DNA of 64,000 nt from Histomonas meleagridis 2922-C6/04-290x (taxonomy: Eukaryota > Protista > Parabasalia). Positions 36,332-51,212 of the stretch are shown here, in pieces; within the stretch, counting starts at the first letter, position 1, and each line of letters starts with the position of its first letter. The translations under genes were made by a program, and so were the position numbers. The DNA is taken from NCBI GenBank assembly GCA_020184695.1, contig JAANOX010000140.1:1-64000 (forward strand), in the 5' to 3' direction. The notes beneath the pieces are model-generated. The model was given only the letters and a program-made list of their open reading frames with translations, was not told the DNA's origin and searched no databases.

Positions 36332-36506
36332 TGTCTTTGTACCTATCGTTTTCTACAGTTGAAACGATATGAAATTTGAATGGATTATTCGAAAGTGTAA
36401 AGCCCTCATCAACCACAGCCAATTTTCATAGTTTACGAAAAAGTGTCAAACAAAAAACTATTTGACAACACAGGGCACCTCAATAACATATTATAAAAAG
36501 AACGAG

Positions 36507-39500
36507 ATGAAACCAAGCAATGAAACCACAACGTCAATATTAGCTAAACAATTAGAATCATTTTCTACAGCGTTATCTGTTATTTGTCAACGATTTTTAG
36601 ATGAATTACCAGAGATTGTTGAATTAAATAGTGAAAGTTCAGGAGAAGTTTTCTTGAAATATTTACAAAGATTTAGTTTTAATGATGATTCATTAATGAA
36701 ATTTCTTACAAGTTGTGCTATTTTTTTGGAGCTTCTAATCCTATGCAAAAGTTATATTACTTTTTTTCACAAGCTTATCCATTATTAGAGAGTGAAGCAA
36801 ATTCCACAGGTAAGAAAAGCGTTTTTTAAGTTATTTTTCCTAATATTAGTCCTAATAATATTGTTGCTATTACAGCGATTCGCTTTTTTTTAAGTCGCTG
36901 TTTAGCATCATTTACTATTGAATTATTTAATCAATCAGACACATATGAAGAATTTAATTATGTTTTACAAAAAGTTATATCACTTTATTTGGATTTACAA
37001 TCTATTCCATTAAATAATGCATATTTTTTAGCATTAATGGAAGCTTATTCTAAATTAGTTTATTTTATCTCAAAGAAACGTCCCGATATTACATTAAATT
37101 GTCTTCAGGGTGAGTTATCTAAATTAAATGAAATGAATGATATTCAATCGCATTGTTTTATAATATTATTCAGTAAGATTACATTAGCTGAAGACATTGA
37201 TATTAATAATATTCTTGATATTTTAAATAAATCATATGAACTTTATAAAGAAAGTAACAAAGAAACATCGTATCATATTGATTGTACAGAGTATATGTTA
37301 AATATTACTATTCAAACTATTAATAAAGTTAAAGAACAAGAAATTATTCGAAATATATATAATACTACTGTTGATTTTTGTACAGAAGTTAAAGTTAAAG
37401 ATAATTCATATAAATTTTTATCATTATTAACTAATTATGATATTAATGGACACGAACGTTTAAAATTTGAAGATTTTTATAAAGAATTTATTGAACCTAA
37501 TATTAATAATAAAATATTAGCGTCATCAATTATTGAATCTATTGAAATGAAACTTTATTTTCAACGATATTATTGTACATATGAAATGAAACTTAAACAT
37601 CCATATTTTTTTCATGGAAATCGGAAGAATTTGAAGAAATTTATCCCATTATATTAAATTTATTAAAAACTAAAGGTAATCAATTTGATCAATCACATTC
37701 AGAGATCACTGGATTATTTGAATTATTAGCTTCATATGATTTTCAAATTTTTTTACATAAATTTGTACCACAATTAATTGATGATTTTAATTTATTTAAT
37801 TTTTATAAAATATCATTTTGTAATGCATTTCATACTATTTTTGCCAATCTTCAAGAATTTTTAATAATAAATTCTAATATTACAGATGAAGATATTATTG
37901 AACTTAATGAACGTGCCATTAAAATTAGTTTAAATGAATTACAACCAGATAAAAACGTTAGTCTTACATGTAAAATTCCATTTACTACAAATTCATTTAC
38001 AAAATCATTAATATCAGCAGTTGAAACTAAAGAAGTAGCATTACGAAATATGATATTAATTATTGGTGATACTACATTTCCTATTTTTAATAAACATAAG
38101 AAACCTAAGAATATTACTGAATCTATCTCTAAATGGGTTACAGATAATGAACAAATTATTATTGAAAGTTATAAAATGGAAGAATTAGAACAACCTAAAA
38201 TTAATACATTATTATCATTAAAATTTGATGAAACACGATATGCATTTTTACGATTAATAGTATTAATTGAACCTAATGATGAATTATTAAAATGTATTTG
38301 TTATTCACCATTAAATGTTCCACGCGTTGGTTCATTAGGTATTCGAGTATTACAAGCATTAATTCATCGATTTCCTGAATATTCAGAAAAGATTATTTCA
38401 TATATTTGTTTATTTTTTATTGAAAATCAACTTAGTCCTACATCTATTGAAATTTTAATATTTACATTAAAGATGGTAGTTAAAGCATCTAAATATGAAG
38501 GGATTATATTTAATAAGAATACATTAAATTCATTAACATATGTCTTAATTATAGGATTATGTATGAATTTACCATATATTCGAGAAATGGTTTTAAAAAT
38601 GTGTAAAAAACTTGAAACCGAAAATTTCTTTTTAAGTACATTTCTTAAGAATTATGAAGAAATTATATCACGAGATGCAATTCGTCGATCTATTCGAGCA
38701 GTTAGTATTGTTAGTGATGAAAAACTTAAAGTATTTCCTATTTTAACATTTAAAGAAATTATAAAAAGTAATGTTCCATCACTTTATATTTATTATATTT
38801 CATCATTTGGTAAATATTTAATTCATGAATTTCAAGATAATGATTTAATAGAAGTTATTAATAAATCATTTAAAATCTTAATTAATATATTAATTGAAAA
38901 AGATAAAATTTTTAATTTTAATTTTATGTTTAATTCATTTGCGATGCTTTTATCTATATCAGGTATTATTAATTATAATTCTAATATACCAAAATATTAT
39001 ATTTATAATCGATTACAAATTATTACAAAAAATATCTTAAAATATCAACAAAATTCTATTCAATTAATTGGAATGTTTTCAGCTATGCCACCAGAATTAT
39101 TAAAATATTTATTACCATTTTTATGTAATAAGAATGAAAATATTCAATTATCATTAGTTTTTACATTACGAGAACTTTTAACATATAATAAAATTAAGAT
39201 TGAACCATATATTTATACAATTTTACATTCATCATTAATTTCTAATATTAATAATAAATTATTTTTAGATAATTTTTGTCATGTTATTAATCAAGTATTA
39301 ATTCAAATATATAATTCAGTTAAAAATAAAGAACAATTTATGGTTGAAAATATTTGTAGTAAAATTAAAATTGAATCATTATTTTTAACAGAGAAATGGT
39401 TTAATTATTTATATCATTTAAATACACCTGAATCATTAAAACCATTATCATCATGGTTACGAATTTCACCAATTCCGACACAATATTTTGAAGAATTTAT

Positions 39501-42337
39501 TGAAACATTACCACGTAAAGTTGAACAAATTGATCCAACACTTGGTATTGTTATTTTTTCACGATATTATTTAATATTAAAAGATTTCTTTTTTAAAGAA
39601 TCACGTAAAAATTATTCTATGTTTTATTCTATTTCATCACAAATTAAAAATATTAATTATAATGAAAATTATGATGAACTTGATTTACGAAATAATTCAT
39701 TAATTTTAATGATATATCAAAATTGTGGTACATTAATAGCTAAATGTATGTATTATTTAGTTAATAAAAATTCACAACGACGAAATGAAGCATTACGATT
39801 TTTAACATCTATAGTTTATATAGTTATGTTAATTCGTAATAATTCTAAAGGTGCAGCAACTATATTAAAGAAAATTGAAGAAATTAAGAAATCTATTTCA
39901 TTAATTTCATTATCAGTATTTATACAAAAAAAGGATTTTTCACAATTAAATGAACTTTTTATCTACATATTTTCAATTTTGTTCAGAACAATTTATTTAT
40001 GAATGTTTAAATAATAAACATAAACGTAAAATTCATAGTAAGAAATCGAGTAGTAATAATAATATTAATTCACTTTATTCTAATAGTAGTAATAATAATA
40101 ATAATAATAATAATTCAAGTATTTCTAATAAGAAAATTCTTCGTAAAAAGAGTTCAGTTTCTGATGATTCATTACTTTATAGTAAATATGATAATGCACA
40201 ACGTTCAAGTATTTCTATTGAACTTATTTCTAAATGGCTTAAACCCATGAAAATTCATACTAAAGAATATGGTATTTGTTTAAATTGTGAGAAATCATAT
40301 CAATGTTTTAATCTTTATTCATTTGTCGAACGTTTATTAATATTATGTAATAGTCAAGGTATGACTAAATCTATTGCAGCAATTTTAGATGTTATAATTA
40401 ATACATCACCACATAATTTATTATTATGTTTATATGGATTAGAAAGTAAGAATAATGAATATTTAGAAAGTTCATTATTATTTGGTTTATATCTTTATAC
40501 TAAGAAACCAAAAATCTTAATTCATGAATTAGCACAACGATTTTCTATTAAACATTGGTATTTTTATGAGATTCAAATTAGTAAAATTGAACAATTTTTT
40601 AATATTAATAAATTTATTAATGAACTTAATGAAGAAATTAAATTAAATATTGATGATGAAGATGAAGAAGATGAAGAATTTCAAATTGATTATCAACATA
40701 ATATTATATTTTCATTAAAATTAATTATAAAATGTCGACAATTAGGTAATCAAACATCATTATCATATATGAAACCATTAGAATCACAAATTTTAATTTA
40801 TTGTTTAATTGATAATAATAATTTTAATGAAGAAACTAATAATTTAATTTCACAAATTACAGGTATATTACCACCAACACATCAACAAAATGAATGGAAT
40901 TATCATGAAATTTTACCATTTATTGAAGGTCAAGAAAAATTATTATTAGAATGGGGATTATGTTGTGGTAATTTAAGTATTGCTACTAATGCATTAAAAA
41001 TATTTTATCTTAAGAATTATTTATTAAATAATGAATCTATTCAAATGTTATTACGTGCACTTCATATTGTATCAATATCATTAAATGATCGTACTAATCC
41101 CTAATAAAAACAACAAACAGATGATATGTGGTTATTACGAGTTGTTGGTGATTCTAATCGTCCACGTTATGATACAGCAGTCAATTATTTAACTATTGGG
41201 TTAAAAATATTATTAAATAATATTCCAAAGAATAATAATAAATTTATTAATGAAATCTTTTGGACAGGATTTTGTTCATGTAAATGTCAAGAAAATGAAT
41301 ATCAAAGTATTTATGAGTCAGGTCTTTCTATAATTCATTCTATTATATTAACGAAACATAATTTTAATTTTCAACCACAAGATGAATTTCATGGATTAAT
41401 TAATATATTATTAACAGCTAATTTAAGTAATTATGAATATATTGAAAAAATCTTTGAAATCTTTATTAATTTAATAATTAATAATAAAACGGAATTATTA
41501 CGTAAATTTGGTGAATGGAAAACTATTTCAGCGTTTGTCTTAGTTCCATATCGATGGTCATTAAGTATTGATACTAATATTAATCAACAACTTTCTAAAT
41601 CATTAATTGAATATGAACATAATGAAACAGAACGACGAATTATTGAAGATGCTATGAATGGGCAACGTAAGAACAATGAATCATTAATTAAATTTTCAGA
41701 AACATTTAGTAAGAAACTTAAAGAAGAAGATTTACTTATGATATTAACATTTTATTCCAAAATTATTGAATATTGTCCAAGTAATATCAAAGAATCGATT
41801 TATTATATTTGTAGTGAAATCATTAAAGATAAAACGCGCACAGAAATCCAAAAAGAATTTACGACACTTGCGTATTATGCTATTAATGAACGAAGTAATG
41901 AAAATTCTGAAGCAGCGCTAATGTTTTTGAAGAATGTTTCGACAGATGTTTCATTACCACAAAAATTACCACAGAAAACGACGAACAAACAATTTTCTCC
42001 ATTTCCTTTAATGAGTATTTATAATGAACCGATTCATAATTGGAAACCTCAAAATAACATCGACATCTTCCAAACGTATTTAACATTTCCGCCACTGTAC
42101 ATCACCGATTTCACATTTCATGGGTGTCAAGTGCTGAACTTATGGAACAGCATTCGTAAAATTAAAATTTCGCCATTCACAGAATGGTACAACGAATTAT
42201 TTGAAGCTCAGTTACATAGCGGCACACCGAACAAAGAAGGCGGCGCAGACGCAGTCATCGATTATGATCTGAAGCAAAAGGAATTTAACGAAGAAATTAA
42301 GAAACGAACAATGGAAATCATATCGAGAAACATATGA
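36507..42337 (+). CDS. Furry/MOR2-PAG1-like ARM protein, right copy (frameshifted at different sites than left)
   Basis: ORF pieces 36462-36788, 36989-37657, 38050-40002, 39950-41104 and 41126-42337; ATG MKPSNE at 36507. Confidence 0.45.
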
Positions 42338-42367
42338 AAATAATTTTAACAAGTAAAAAACAAATTA

Positions 42368-45254
42368 AAATGTTTTGTTTTAATATTATATTCACATTTC
42401 AAATAATATCTATGTGAAATATTTAACAATAAAATGTTTCTTCATTAGATTTAAATAATCAAATTCAGTAAATGTTTTGTTTTAATATAATATTCACATT
42501 TCAAATAATATCGATGTGAAATATTTAACAATAAAATGTTTCTTCTTTAGATTTAAATAATCAAATTCAGTAAATGTTTTTTTTTTAATATAATATTCAC
42601 ATTTCAAAATAATATCGATGTGAAATATTTAACAATAAAATGTTTCTTCTTTAGATTTAAATAATCAAAATTCAGTAAATGTATTATAATATTCACATTT
42701 CAAATAANATCGATNTGAAATATTTAACAATAAAATGTTTCTTCTTTAGATTTAAATAATCAAATTCAGTAAATGTTTTGTTTTTATTATAATATTCACA
42801 TTTCAAATAATATCGATGTGAAATATTTAACAATAAAATGTTTCTTCTTTAGATTTAAATAATCAAATTCAGTAAATGTTTTTTTTTATTATAATATTCA
42901 CATTTCAAATAATATCGATGTGAAATATTTAACAATAAAATGTTTCTTCTTTAGATTTAAATAATAAAATTCAGTAAATGTTTTTTTTTATTATAATATT
43001 CACATTTCAAATAATATCGATGTGAAATATTTAACAATAAAATGTTTCTTCTTTAGATTTAAATAATCAAATTCAGTAAATGTTTTGTTTTATTATAATA
43101 TTCACATTTCAAATAATATCGATGTGAAATATTTAACAATAAAATGTTTCTTCTTTAGATTTAAATAATCAAATTCAGTAAATGTTTTGTTTTATTATAA
43201 TATTCACATTTCAAATAATATCGATGTGAAATATTTAACAATAAAATGTTTCTTCTTTAGATTTAAATAATAAAATTAAGGAAATGTTTTGTTTTATTAT
43301 AATATTCACATTTCAAATAATATCGATGTGAAATATTTAACAATAAAATGTTTCTTCTTTAGATTTAAATAATCAAATTCAGTAAATGTTTTGTTTTATT
43401 ATAATATTCACATTTCAAAATAATATAGATGTGAAATATATAACAATAAAATGTTTCTTCTTTAGATTTAAATAATAAAAATTAAGGAAATGTTTTTGTT
43501 TTTATTATAATATTCACATTTCAAATAATATCGATGTGAAATATTTAACAATAAAATGTTTCTTCTTTAGATTTAAATAATCAAATTCAGTAAATGTTTT
43601 GTTTTTATTATAATATTCACATTTCAAATAATATCGATGTGAAATATTTAACAATAAAAATGTTTCTTCTTTAGATTTAAATAATCAAAATTCAGTAAAT
43701 GTTTTGTTTTTATTATAATATTCACATTTCAAATAATATCGATGTGAAATATTTAACAATAAAATGTTTCTTCTTTAGATTTAAATAATCAAAATTCAGT
43801 AAATGTTTTGTTTTTATTATAATATTCTACAGTCAAATAATATCGATGTGAAATATTTAACAATAAAATGTTTCTTCTTTAGATTTAAATAATCAAATTC
43901 AGTAAATGTTTTGTTTTTATTATAATATTCACATTTCAAATAATATCGATGTGAAATATTTAACAATAAAATGTTTCTTCTTTAGATTTAAATAATCAAA
44001 TTCAGTAAATGTTTTGTTTTATTATAATATTCACATTTCAAATAATATCGATGTGAAATATTTAACAATAAAATGTTTCTTCTTTAGATTTAAATAATCA
44101 AATTCAGTAAATGTTTTTTTTTAATATAATATTCACATTTCAAATAATATCGATGTGAAATATTTAACAATAAAATGTTTCTTCTTTAGATTTAAATAAT
44201 CAAATTCAGTAAATGTTTTGTTTTATTATAATATTCACATTTCAAATAATATCGATGTGAAATATTTAACAATAAAATGTTTCTTCTTTAGATTTAAATA
44301 ATCAAATTCAGTAAATGTTTTTTTTTTTATTATAATATTCACATTTCAAATAATATCGATGTGAAATATTTAACAATAAAATGTTTCTTCTTTAGATTTA
44401 AATAATCAAATTCAGTAAATGTTTTGTTTTAATATAATATTCGCATTTCAAATAATATCGCTGTGAAATATTTAACAATAAAATGTTTCTTCTTTAGATT
44501 TAAATAATCAAATTCAGTATATGTTTTGTTTTTATTATAATATTCACATTTCAAATAATATCGATGTGAAATATTTAACAATAAAAATGTTTCTTCTTTA
44601 GATTTAAATAATCAAATTCAGTAAATGTTTTGTTTTTATTATAATATTCACATTTCAAATAATATCGATGTGAAATATTTAACAATAAAATGTTTCTTCT
44701 TTAGATTTAAATAATCAAATTCAGTAAATGTTTTTGTTTTAATATTATATTCACATTTCAAATAATATCGATGTGAAATATTTAACAATAAAATGTTTCT
44801 TCTTTAGATTTAAATAATCAAATTCAGTAAATGTTTTGTTTTAATATAATATTCACATTTCAAATAATATCGATGTGAAATATTTAACAATAAAATGTTT
44901 CTTCTTTAGATTTAAATAATCAAATTCAGTAAATGTTTTGTTTTATTATAATATTCACATTTCAAATAATATCGATGTGAAATATTTAACAATAAAATGT
45001 TTCTTCTTTAGATTTAAATAATAAAATTAAGGAAATGTTTTTGTTTTTATTATAATATTCACATTTCAAATAATATCGATGTGAAATATTTAACAATAAA
45101 ATGTTTCTTCTTTAGATTTAAATAATCAAATTCAGTAAATGTTTTTGTTTTATTATAATATTCACATTTCAAATAATATCGATGTGAAATATTTAACAAT
45201 AAAATGTTTCTTCTTTAGATTTAAATAATCAAATTAAGTAAATGTTTTGTTTTA
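42368..45254. repeat. Tandem array of ~28 copies of the 102-bp unit (reverse orientation)
   Basis: Reverse complement of the left-array unit; contains ambiguous n bases at 42708 and 42715. Confidence 0.98.
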
Positions 45255-45313
45255 ATTCACTTAAAAAAATTCCACAAATAAAATGTTTAATTACAAAAAA
45301 TATTACAAACATT

Positions 45314-45925
45314 TCAACAGCATTTGCCTTTCTTTTCTTCATTACTTATAAGAACTGGTGGCGATTCGTTAATCGGTTCAAACATTTCGAACAATTGTTT
45401 CCCAATTTCAAGAAAAAAAGTTGATTAATTCCTTGCCCTGTTTTTCGCTGATGTAAGTGAATATGGAAGATTATACCGCTTAACAGTGTCTGCTATAAGG
45501 GAAAGAGTTGAATATTCATTAACTAAATCAAACTTATTCCCAACTAAAAAAATAGGAATATTATCGTTAACATTTTCACTAATAAATTTAAGCCATTGAT
45601 CTATAGATTCTGTATACTTTTTGTTGGTTAAATCAAAAACTAAAATAATTGCATCTGTACCTCGAAAATAAATAGGTACAATCGACCTATATCTTTCTTG
45701 TCCTGCTGTGTCCCAGATTTTAAAACTTTTGTTCTCACCAAATTCTGGAAGATATTTTAAAACAAAAGACGTTCCAATGGTTGTAGTACAATTAGAATCA
45801 AAAAATTCATTGGTATATCTACAAATAATACTGGTCTTACCTACATTCGAATCTCCAATAACTACGATTTTTTTGGTTAAATTATTATTAGAATTGTTAT
45901 TGTTGTCTCCTTCATAATTAGACAT
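45314..45925 (-). CDS. Rab GTPase, right copy (homopolymer frameshifts near C-terminus)
   Basis: Same protein as 19744-20352, with extra bases in T/A runs at ~45415-45445. Confidence 0.9.
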
Positions 45926-46043
45926 TGAATAAAAAATAAACTTCTCAATATGTATAGGGTGCCTTAATAATTTCATTGAAAAAACAGCACTTTTTTACAT
46001 CGATAATAAAATTTAAAATTTTTAAAATTTTTTATTTATTTAT

Positions 46044-48447
46044 TTATTTATTAGTTTTTGAGTATTCACTAATTTGTTTCAAAATTATAAAAATAGTATT
46101 AGTATCACATGTAATAAATCCATCATAAATTATTGAAATTGTTTCTTCATTTAATTGAATAATTTCTTTTATTACTTCAATAATGTTACCAACTGTGATA
46201 CTTTCATTGTCAATCATTTGAATGATTAATGCTGATGATCTACGGATTTGTTCTTCATAATATATCGTAATTAATCCTTTAAATATATTTTCTATTATTA
46301 TTATACAAATATTATTATCAATTTTTTGTTTACAAATATCATTAAACATTGATAATGTTGAATTAATTAAAACAATATTTGGAATATTAAATAATGAAAG
46401 AAGAAAATCAATTCGAATATAATTCCAAAATATATTCGATTTTAAATATAAATCATGAACAAAATCTATAATTTTAGATCCAGTAATAATATCATTTTGA
46501 TAATCAAATGAATAAATAAATGTTAAAATTCCTTCAATAGGAAAATAATCAATAAAATAACTACAAAGAACAAATATATTTTTAGGGATACAAATTTTTT
46601 TATTATTTCATTTGTCCATTCAATAACATTTTTAATTTCATTAATATAATCATATGAAATACAAATAATAAAAAAATCAGTTAAATTATCTTGAAATTCT
46701 TGTTCATTATTAAATAAATATGGTCGAAAGATTTCAATTATAGAATTAAACATTTTATATTTAAAGTCATTAGGAACTTTATTATGTGTTTCTTTGATAA
46801 ATTCATAAAGAAATTTTTAATACATTTTCTTGTTGTTTATTATTAATCCCAATGTTAATAATATTTAATATGTTTTCATAAAGAAATGGATAAAGATTTG
46901 GTTCAAATGAACTTATTCGATATAATATAATAAATATTTGTAATAATAAATTAATTGTCGTGTTTTTACAAAATTCAATTAAAATTGGTATAAATGGGAT
47001 TAAAAGTTCTGGTTCTGTACTCGAATATTTATTAATAACTTCAAGAACTAAATTTGGCATTTGTTCAAGAAATTCAAATGTTAATAAAATAAATTTTTTG
47101 GAATATCGTCTAAAATGAAATCCAATTTGTGAAATATAATGTAATGATGTAATTGGTTTATTACTTATTGTAATTAATATTTGATTACATTGTTCTGAAA
47201 AATATTTCCAAAATTCACTTTCTGTATATGAAATAAAAAAGAAAATCGTGAAATATTGTTGATGTTGAAATAAAATTTGTATAAATTCTGCATAAAAATT
47301 TGGAAAATATCGTTGAAGTTCTGAAAGTATTCCTTTAATAATTTCATTTCGAAAGATTTCGTTGTTAATTATTATAATTTGATTTAAAAATTGAAAAAAT
47401 AAATAAAATATTTCTTTAAATTCGTCTTTTTGTGGAAAACTACAAAGAAATGTCGAAAATGAACTTATTAAATTTAAAAAGAGTTCATTCGGTTGAATTA
47501 AAATTTGAAATACATTTATAAATTGTTTCATGAGATCATTTAAAAAAGGAATTTGTGAAATTTCTGCAAAAAAATCAAATGAAACTTCATCAAAAAATGT
47601 TTCCATTAAATTAACTATAAATTGATATGTTTCTTCTTCTTTAATCCCTTCTTTAACATTATGAAAAAAATCATATAAATTAAAAAGTCCAATAATATTA
47701 AAACAATAATTTTTTTATCTTCATCATCTAATTTATTCGAATATTTTTTTCTAATATTTCATAAATTATTTGATAAATTTCATATTTATATTCCATTGAA
47801 ATAGTAATTTCTTTAATAACATTAAAATATTTATAAAACATTTTTAAAATCGTTTTTGAAATATAAATAATGATTTATAAAGTTTTAACCAAAAAAATTA
47901 GAAATAGGACAATTATCAAGTGTTATAAATCCAAATTCTGTAACAATATTAAGATTCTTTCGAACTTCTAATCCAATGTTATATCGATAAATAAATTGTT
48001 CTCCTTCATTATATGAATCAAAAAGAAGATATAAAAAAAGAAGAAGTAATTCACCTCGAAATTCTTGAATACAAACTTCAAAATATTTAAAATTTATAAA
48101 AATTAAATAACAAAGACATGTTATACATTTGATAATATGTGATTGATTAATGTTTTTTGTTGATTTCGTTGAAGAAATGTCATAAGTGTAAAAAAAGTAA
48201 GATCTGTTTTTTCTTGTTCAAAAAAATCCAAATGTTTTTCAATTAAATGTTGAATACAATAACACCCAAAAAATATATATGGAATTTGTGTCTCTGTTTG
48301 AAGTAATCCAATCGAAATTGGAAAACTTTCTGGTGAATTCATCCAAAATGTAATATATTGTTCTGCATTAGATCGAATTTCTTCTGATGGGTTTGTAACA
48401 AATGATTGAATTGCTGACTTAACAGCATCAATCGAAAAAGAAATCAA
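46044..48447 (-). CDS. Importin-beta-like HEAT protein, right copy (frameshifted)
   Basis: ORF pieces 48121-48447, 46803-47606, 46523-46753 and 46044-46349 match the left copy. Confidence 0.5.
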
Positions 48448-49145
48448 ACCAAAAAATGATTTATGGAAATAAAGATAATATTAATAAACGTGCGCTCATA
48501 AACATTTTTCGAATACTTCAATATGGAATTAAATTTCTTTTTTAAAAGTTAGTATTAAAGTTAAATATACCAAATATAACTTTTTAACTTATAAAATCTT
48601 TGGAAATAAATTTTCTAAATTATTGGTGATTTCAAAATAATTTAATATTAATTAAGTTTTATATACATATAAATAAAATAAGAAATCTTGTTAATTAAAT
48701 ATTATATTTTAAGGATAAAACTATTAAAATATCAAGATGAAACAGAAAAAAGACTTTAAAGATGCCACTTTCTTTACAAAAAGATATAATTGTAATGATA
48801 TAATAAAAGAGAAAACACATTAAATATCATTTCTAAAAATCAGGTTGCATGTTAAATAAAATTAAGACTTTATTAATTTTTTTTTTCTAAATGATAAATT
48901 TTTATTCCTTCCAGATTATTTAATTTTTGTATTATTAAAAGTATTTTTATGGAATATTTTCAATCTTTATTTTTTGCCTCATATAAAAAATGAAAATCTT
49001 TTTTTATTGAAATGACGCGATGTAAACTTATTAAAAAACGTGATAAAAAGTGCCTCAGGGTTAAATAATTTTTAATTGAAAATTAAATTTAAAAATTTTA
49101 TAAAACCGTTTATCATAGTTTGCAGATAAACGTCTTCGTATTATC

Positions 49146-50387
49146 ATGTCCACAGGTTTAAAAGCAATTAATGGCATTTATAAAAAATTAATATCCTCAT
49201 CAGAACGGCGATTGGAGATGTGTGATATCATTCAAAAGATGTTTACATCATTTTTCACAGTCTTATATAACGTTTATTGACGACTTCAGTTTATTTTTAA
49301 ATGATATTAAACTTCAACTATCAGAAACAGAACGACCAAGTATTGAGAAAGAATTTACTGATTGGGCTGTTGAATTTATAGCTAATTATGATCCTAACCA
49401 AGTTTTTTTCACACATCTTCAAAAAGAAATTGTAGCGCCATTTACTAAACATCGTAACAAGTATAGTAAAGGAGTTCAAGAATTTGAAGCGCGCTATCTT
49501 TCTGCGAAGAAAAAGTTGTCTGAATCAGTTTGTTTATATAAAGAAGAATATAAAAATTATGTTAATCATTGTGAACAAATCGAAAAGGCAGGCGACATAG
49601 CTATGAAAGATCCGACGCGCCAAGGCGAACTTGACAAACTTCGAAATGAATGTTATGAAATCGAGAAGCGCGCGATTGAAGCGTGCGACGAAGTTGGTCG
49701 TTCGCGTCGAGGATTTCAACGATCTATCGAAGAAATTATATTTGATTATGAAAATGGGGAACGAGAATTCTTCAGTAATGTTCAAACGTGTTTATACCAC
49801 TTCTCAGAGATATGTGACAATCTTGCGTCGTCATACGTTGAATTAACGACTAAAGCGCGAACTAAACTTGATACACTTATCTCGAACATTCATGATAACG
49901 ATGTTTTATCTCCGCGTAAAGTTTCCACTATTGTTGAAACATTTTCAGATGTTCCAGTCTTAAATTTTGATATTTTTTTGATTATTTACCATGGAACAAA
50001 GTATTTTATAATGAATTACATTCCACATTTATGACAGTCATGTGCGAATTTTCAAGTCCGAACAGCGATTATTTAACAGTTGAAGCAGGCGAAATTGTTA
50101 AAGTTATTAAAGTTCAAGGATCTAATGTAATTATTGAAAGTGATAAATGTCGAGTTAAAGGGAAAATTCCATCGACGTTCTTAAAGAGTAACAAAACATA
50201 TAAACGGAAAGTTTATCATGTTGAAGAAGATTATAATGGAGAAGGGAACGAAGAATTAAGTATCAAGAAAGGGCAATACGTGTGTTGGCTCTCCGACGAT
50301 GGGACGAAAGCAAGATGCAAAACAGCGTCAGGTACAGTTGGTTATTTACCAATGTCAATCCTAAAACTTATGGATAAAAAGAAATAA
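49146..50387 (+). CDS. F-BAR + tandem SH3 protein (~412 aa), right copy (two homopolymer frameshifts)
   Basis: Helical coiled N-terminal ~280 aa; SH3-like EFSSPNSDYLTVEAGEIV...GKIPSTFL and DYNGEGNEELSIKKGQ...GYLPMSIL. Confidence 0.75.
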
Positions 50388-50479
50388 AAGCGGTGAAACA
50401 TTCGGTAACTTTTTATTTATTTATTTATTTAATGAGAAAATATTTTTATTAAAGTTTATGATAAAAAAGAATTTTAATA

Positions 50480-50983
50480 TTAATAATCATAAGAACATTT
50501 GTTTTGATCACTCCATTCTATATTTTGTCTTATAAAAAAGACCATAAGAATGATAATATAAAATATAATACCTATGACTTGTAGAATGAGAAATGTAAGA
50601 AGTTTATTATATGGCAATACTGTAAACATATCATATATTAATAAATTATTTTGTTGAATAAGCCATCTTTTTCGAAAATTATTATAATCTTTTAAAGCTT
50701 CTTGACTTGATTTCCTATAAGATTCTAATTGTTCAACATATTGATCTGCTTTTGTATTTGTTTTCCCATAAAATAAACTAAAAATTCCGAAAGAATTAGG
50801 ATTAATTATACATGAAAAATTTAAACTTACACATACAAGAGTAGCAAACCAAAATACACCAATAATTATAAGGAGACATTTGTTTAAATATTTTTTTAAT
50901 ATGAAATGGATAATATTTATAACAATTAAAATTATTGTTAAAGCAGAAAAAATACAAATACAAATCGCACTTATATTTATCAT
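50480..50983 (-). pseudogene. Four-TM protein, right copy lacking start and TM1 (~195-bp deletion)
   Basis: Left 14635-14828 is absent at ~50984. Confidence 0.5.
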
Positions 50984-51212
50984 AAAAAAATAATATTCTA
51001 TCTAAAGTTGAAAGATTAAAAACTTTTTCTTCAAACAAAAGTTTCTTTATTGAAATGTTACAGTAAAATAGTTGAAACTATATTTATCATATGTTATTTT
51101 TATTATTATTAATTCAAATGAAAAGGCAAGAATGAAGAAAACTTATCATATTTAATCTTTCTTATCTGATAAAAAATCAAAAAATCCGTTTATTTTAACG
51201 TCCTCCTTAAAA

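Noticed and set aside
29465-36506. Simple single-molecule fold-back read artefact
   Set aside because: Synonymous SNPs and arm-specific repeat units cannot arise from re-reading the same strand, and a 7-kb unique spacer intervenes. A haplotype-join artefact remains possible.
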